In this document: in pieces, positions 62,454 to 64,000 of the stretch
Layout: every line of letters begins with the position of its first letter
How positions within the stretch are numbered: the first letter of the stretch is position 1
Assembly: GCA_032718475.1 (NCBI GenBank)
Contig: JAUCBJ010006943.1
Span: 1 to 64,000 of the forward strand
DNA from: Nemertoderma westbladi
Taxonomy: Eukaryota > Animalia > Xenacoelomorpha
DNA length: 64,000 bases
Direction: 5' to 3'
Made by a program: the position numbers and the translations under genes
The notes under the pieces: generated by a model
What the model was told of the DNA's origin: nothing
Seen by the model: only the letters and a program-made list of their open reading frames with translations
The model's database searches: none

Positions 62454-63275
62454 CCAGGTTGGAATTCATGCATGAGTGCGCAGGTATGCTTTGGTGTTTC
62501 GAGGTCACCACACACCTGAAATTGGCTCATCATGCTCTTTATCATAATTTATACAAAATCACACAGCTCATGTCATGCATATGGCATATCAAAAATCGCG
62601 CACCTCAGAAGAACAATTTTTCATTCCCTTTTTACACGTATGACTGAGCATTTCAAAGCTAATCTTAGTATATATATTTAATCTACAGAATAAATGTAAA
62701 TGCAACATCAAAATTATTAATATTAAAAAAATATATTAATCCACTATATTTACGTAGGCATACCAGTACATATATTTGAAAAAATATTATTCTACTGTAT
62801 AAAATTTGGATAAAAATGCAATACTTCATTAGGTACCAGTAATACTATTGTGTTGTACAGTAGGGCCTTATAATTAACTCATAGGCCTACTTAATACATA
62901 GGCCCTTAGCCCTAGATACTTTACTAGCATAGCATAATAACAATAATAGTAAAAGTAAATTGCCCAATTGCATTGCAATTGGATGCAATATTGCATCAAT
63001 TTTCAGGACTGGTATTATGGTGAAATATTAAAGGAAATTTGAACAATTCAAAATGAAAAAGAAACGCGAGAGAAATGAGCAATTTTGTTGTGTATTTTAG
63101 TGATTTTACTTAATTTGGGGTGCGCATCAGAACTGCATGCTGGTTCCCAGCCCATCAGAGCTGGGCGCTGACGCTGGTGTGCAATGCACCACTCTCACCA
63201 GGGTGTACCTTACACCTGATGCACGGTCATTCCACAGGTATGCGTCAGAATTTTGCAGCATGAATTCCAACCTGG
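62454..63275. mobile_element. MITE with 8-bp TSD (hAT-like), copy 2
   Basis: Same TIRs as 57970-58967; TSD TCTAATTC. Confidence 0.9.
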
Positions 63276-63597
63276 TCTAATTCTATATAGAACCGTTTTG
63301 TTATATATTTTGGTGGCTACCACAAGGAGACTGATCCCATGATTTTTTTGTTGGTATACCGAATTCTCCTTTCTTGGGGGAGGCAGATTCACTTTTACTC
63401 CAAATTGGTAGTGGCTTTTCTCCTTTCAGCATTAGGTTGCAAATATCCAAAAATAGTCTGTTCAGCACTCTGTTTTCCATACTACAATCAGGATTTCATC
63501 ATACCCATTCGCTTTATGATTGGACATGGACATGCTTTAAATGCTTCTCTGGAATTTATAGCTATCATTGGCACAGCTTTGCAAAGTCGGCAATGAA

Positions 63598-63668
63598 GTC
63601 CAGGTGGGATCAAACTGGTGACCTCCAAGTTGGAAGACAGACGCTCTAACCATTACACTAGTGGCTCA
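63598..63668 (-). mobile_element. tRNA-Gly(TCC)-like SINE head or tRNA pseudogene
   Basis: Minus strand: TAGTGTAATGG (A box), CTTCCAA loop, GTTTGATCC (degenerate B box); cloverleaf stems imperfect. Confidence 0.5.
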
Positions 63669-64000
63669 GGTAAAAGGTAGACCTGGAAATCGCACCTGCT
63701 CTAATTTATGTCCTCATGGCCTCACATCTGCCAATACCATCATCTGCTGCCATCTTCTCTCTTCTTCTTTGGAGTTTGGCAAGTGTGGCCATTTTTCTAT
63801 GAGTAGTGTCTCATATATTTTCCTTGGAGGGCTGATGTCAATGTTTGGTGGCTGACCAATAAATTTGCTCTTTTGTGATCTTTCCATTTCTTATCATGTT
63901 ATTCAGGACTACCTGTATCTGCTCTGATCTTTCTCTTATAAGTAACATCAGAGTCTTGTCATAGGGCGTACTATTTTTGTTTGGGTTTCTGGGGAATATG

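Larger units (their letters stand above)
61300..64000 (-). pseudogene. Old, highly degraded RTE-like LINE, interrupted by a MITE and a SINE
   Basis: GISLLVVATKIYNK..L.RI (~63285-63345); SWIESS....VRKAKA..AL (~61745-61810). Confidence 0.6.

Noticed and set aside
63598-63668. Functional tRNA-Gly gene
   Set aside because: Acceptor, anticodon and T stems pair poorly; more consistent with a SINE head or pseudogene.

Overview
AT-rich, intron-containing eukaryotic (metazoan, probably invertebrate) genomic DNA dominated by nested transposons. There is no sign of prokaryotic operons, CRISPR arrays or rRNA. 1-20 kb: a spliced piggyBac transposase pseudogene (3028-15938) carries an RTE LINE in an intron (41-bp TSD) and a 7.7-kb non-autonomous BEL/Pao LTR element in exon 2 (AAACC TSD). 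A rearranged Gypsy RT-RNaseH/Gag ORF follows. 20-40 kb: one host gene on the minus strand, reconstructed as signal peptide + ~28 x 15-aa Ser/Thr mucin repeats + tandem cysteine-free CUB domains, built by tandem duplication of an exon pair with TE-filled introns. 40-64 kb: an orphan triple-CCHC ORF (44288-45292), many MITEs (Tc1-like, hAT-like, piggyBac-like, Mutator-like), RTE/CR1 remnants, and an apparently intact CR1/L2-group LINE. That LINE's ORF1 and ORF2 are in the same frame, separated only by a UGA-CUAG readthrough-type stop. Also notable are hairpin-headed insertions with 13-bp TSDs and pervasive TA-x-TA motifs resembling transposon excision footprints. All family calls come from motif recognition by eye, not database searches, and boundaries of degraded elements are approximate.
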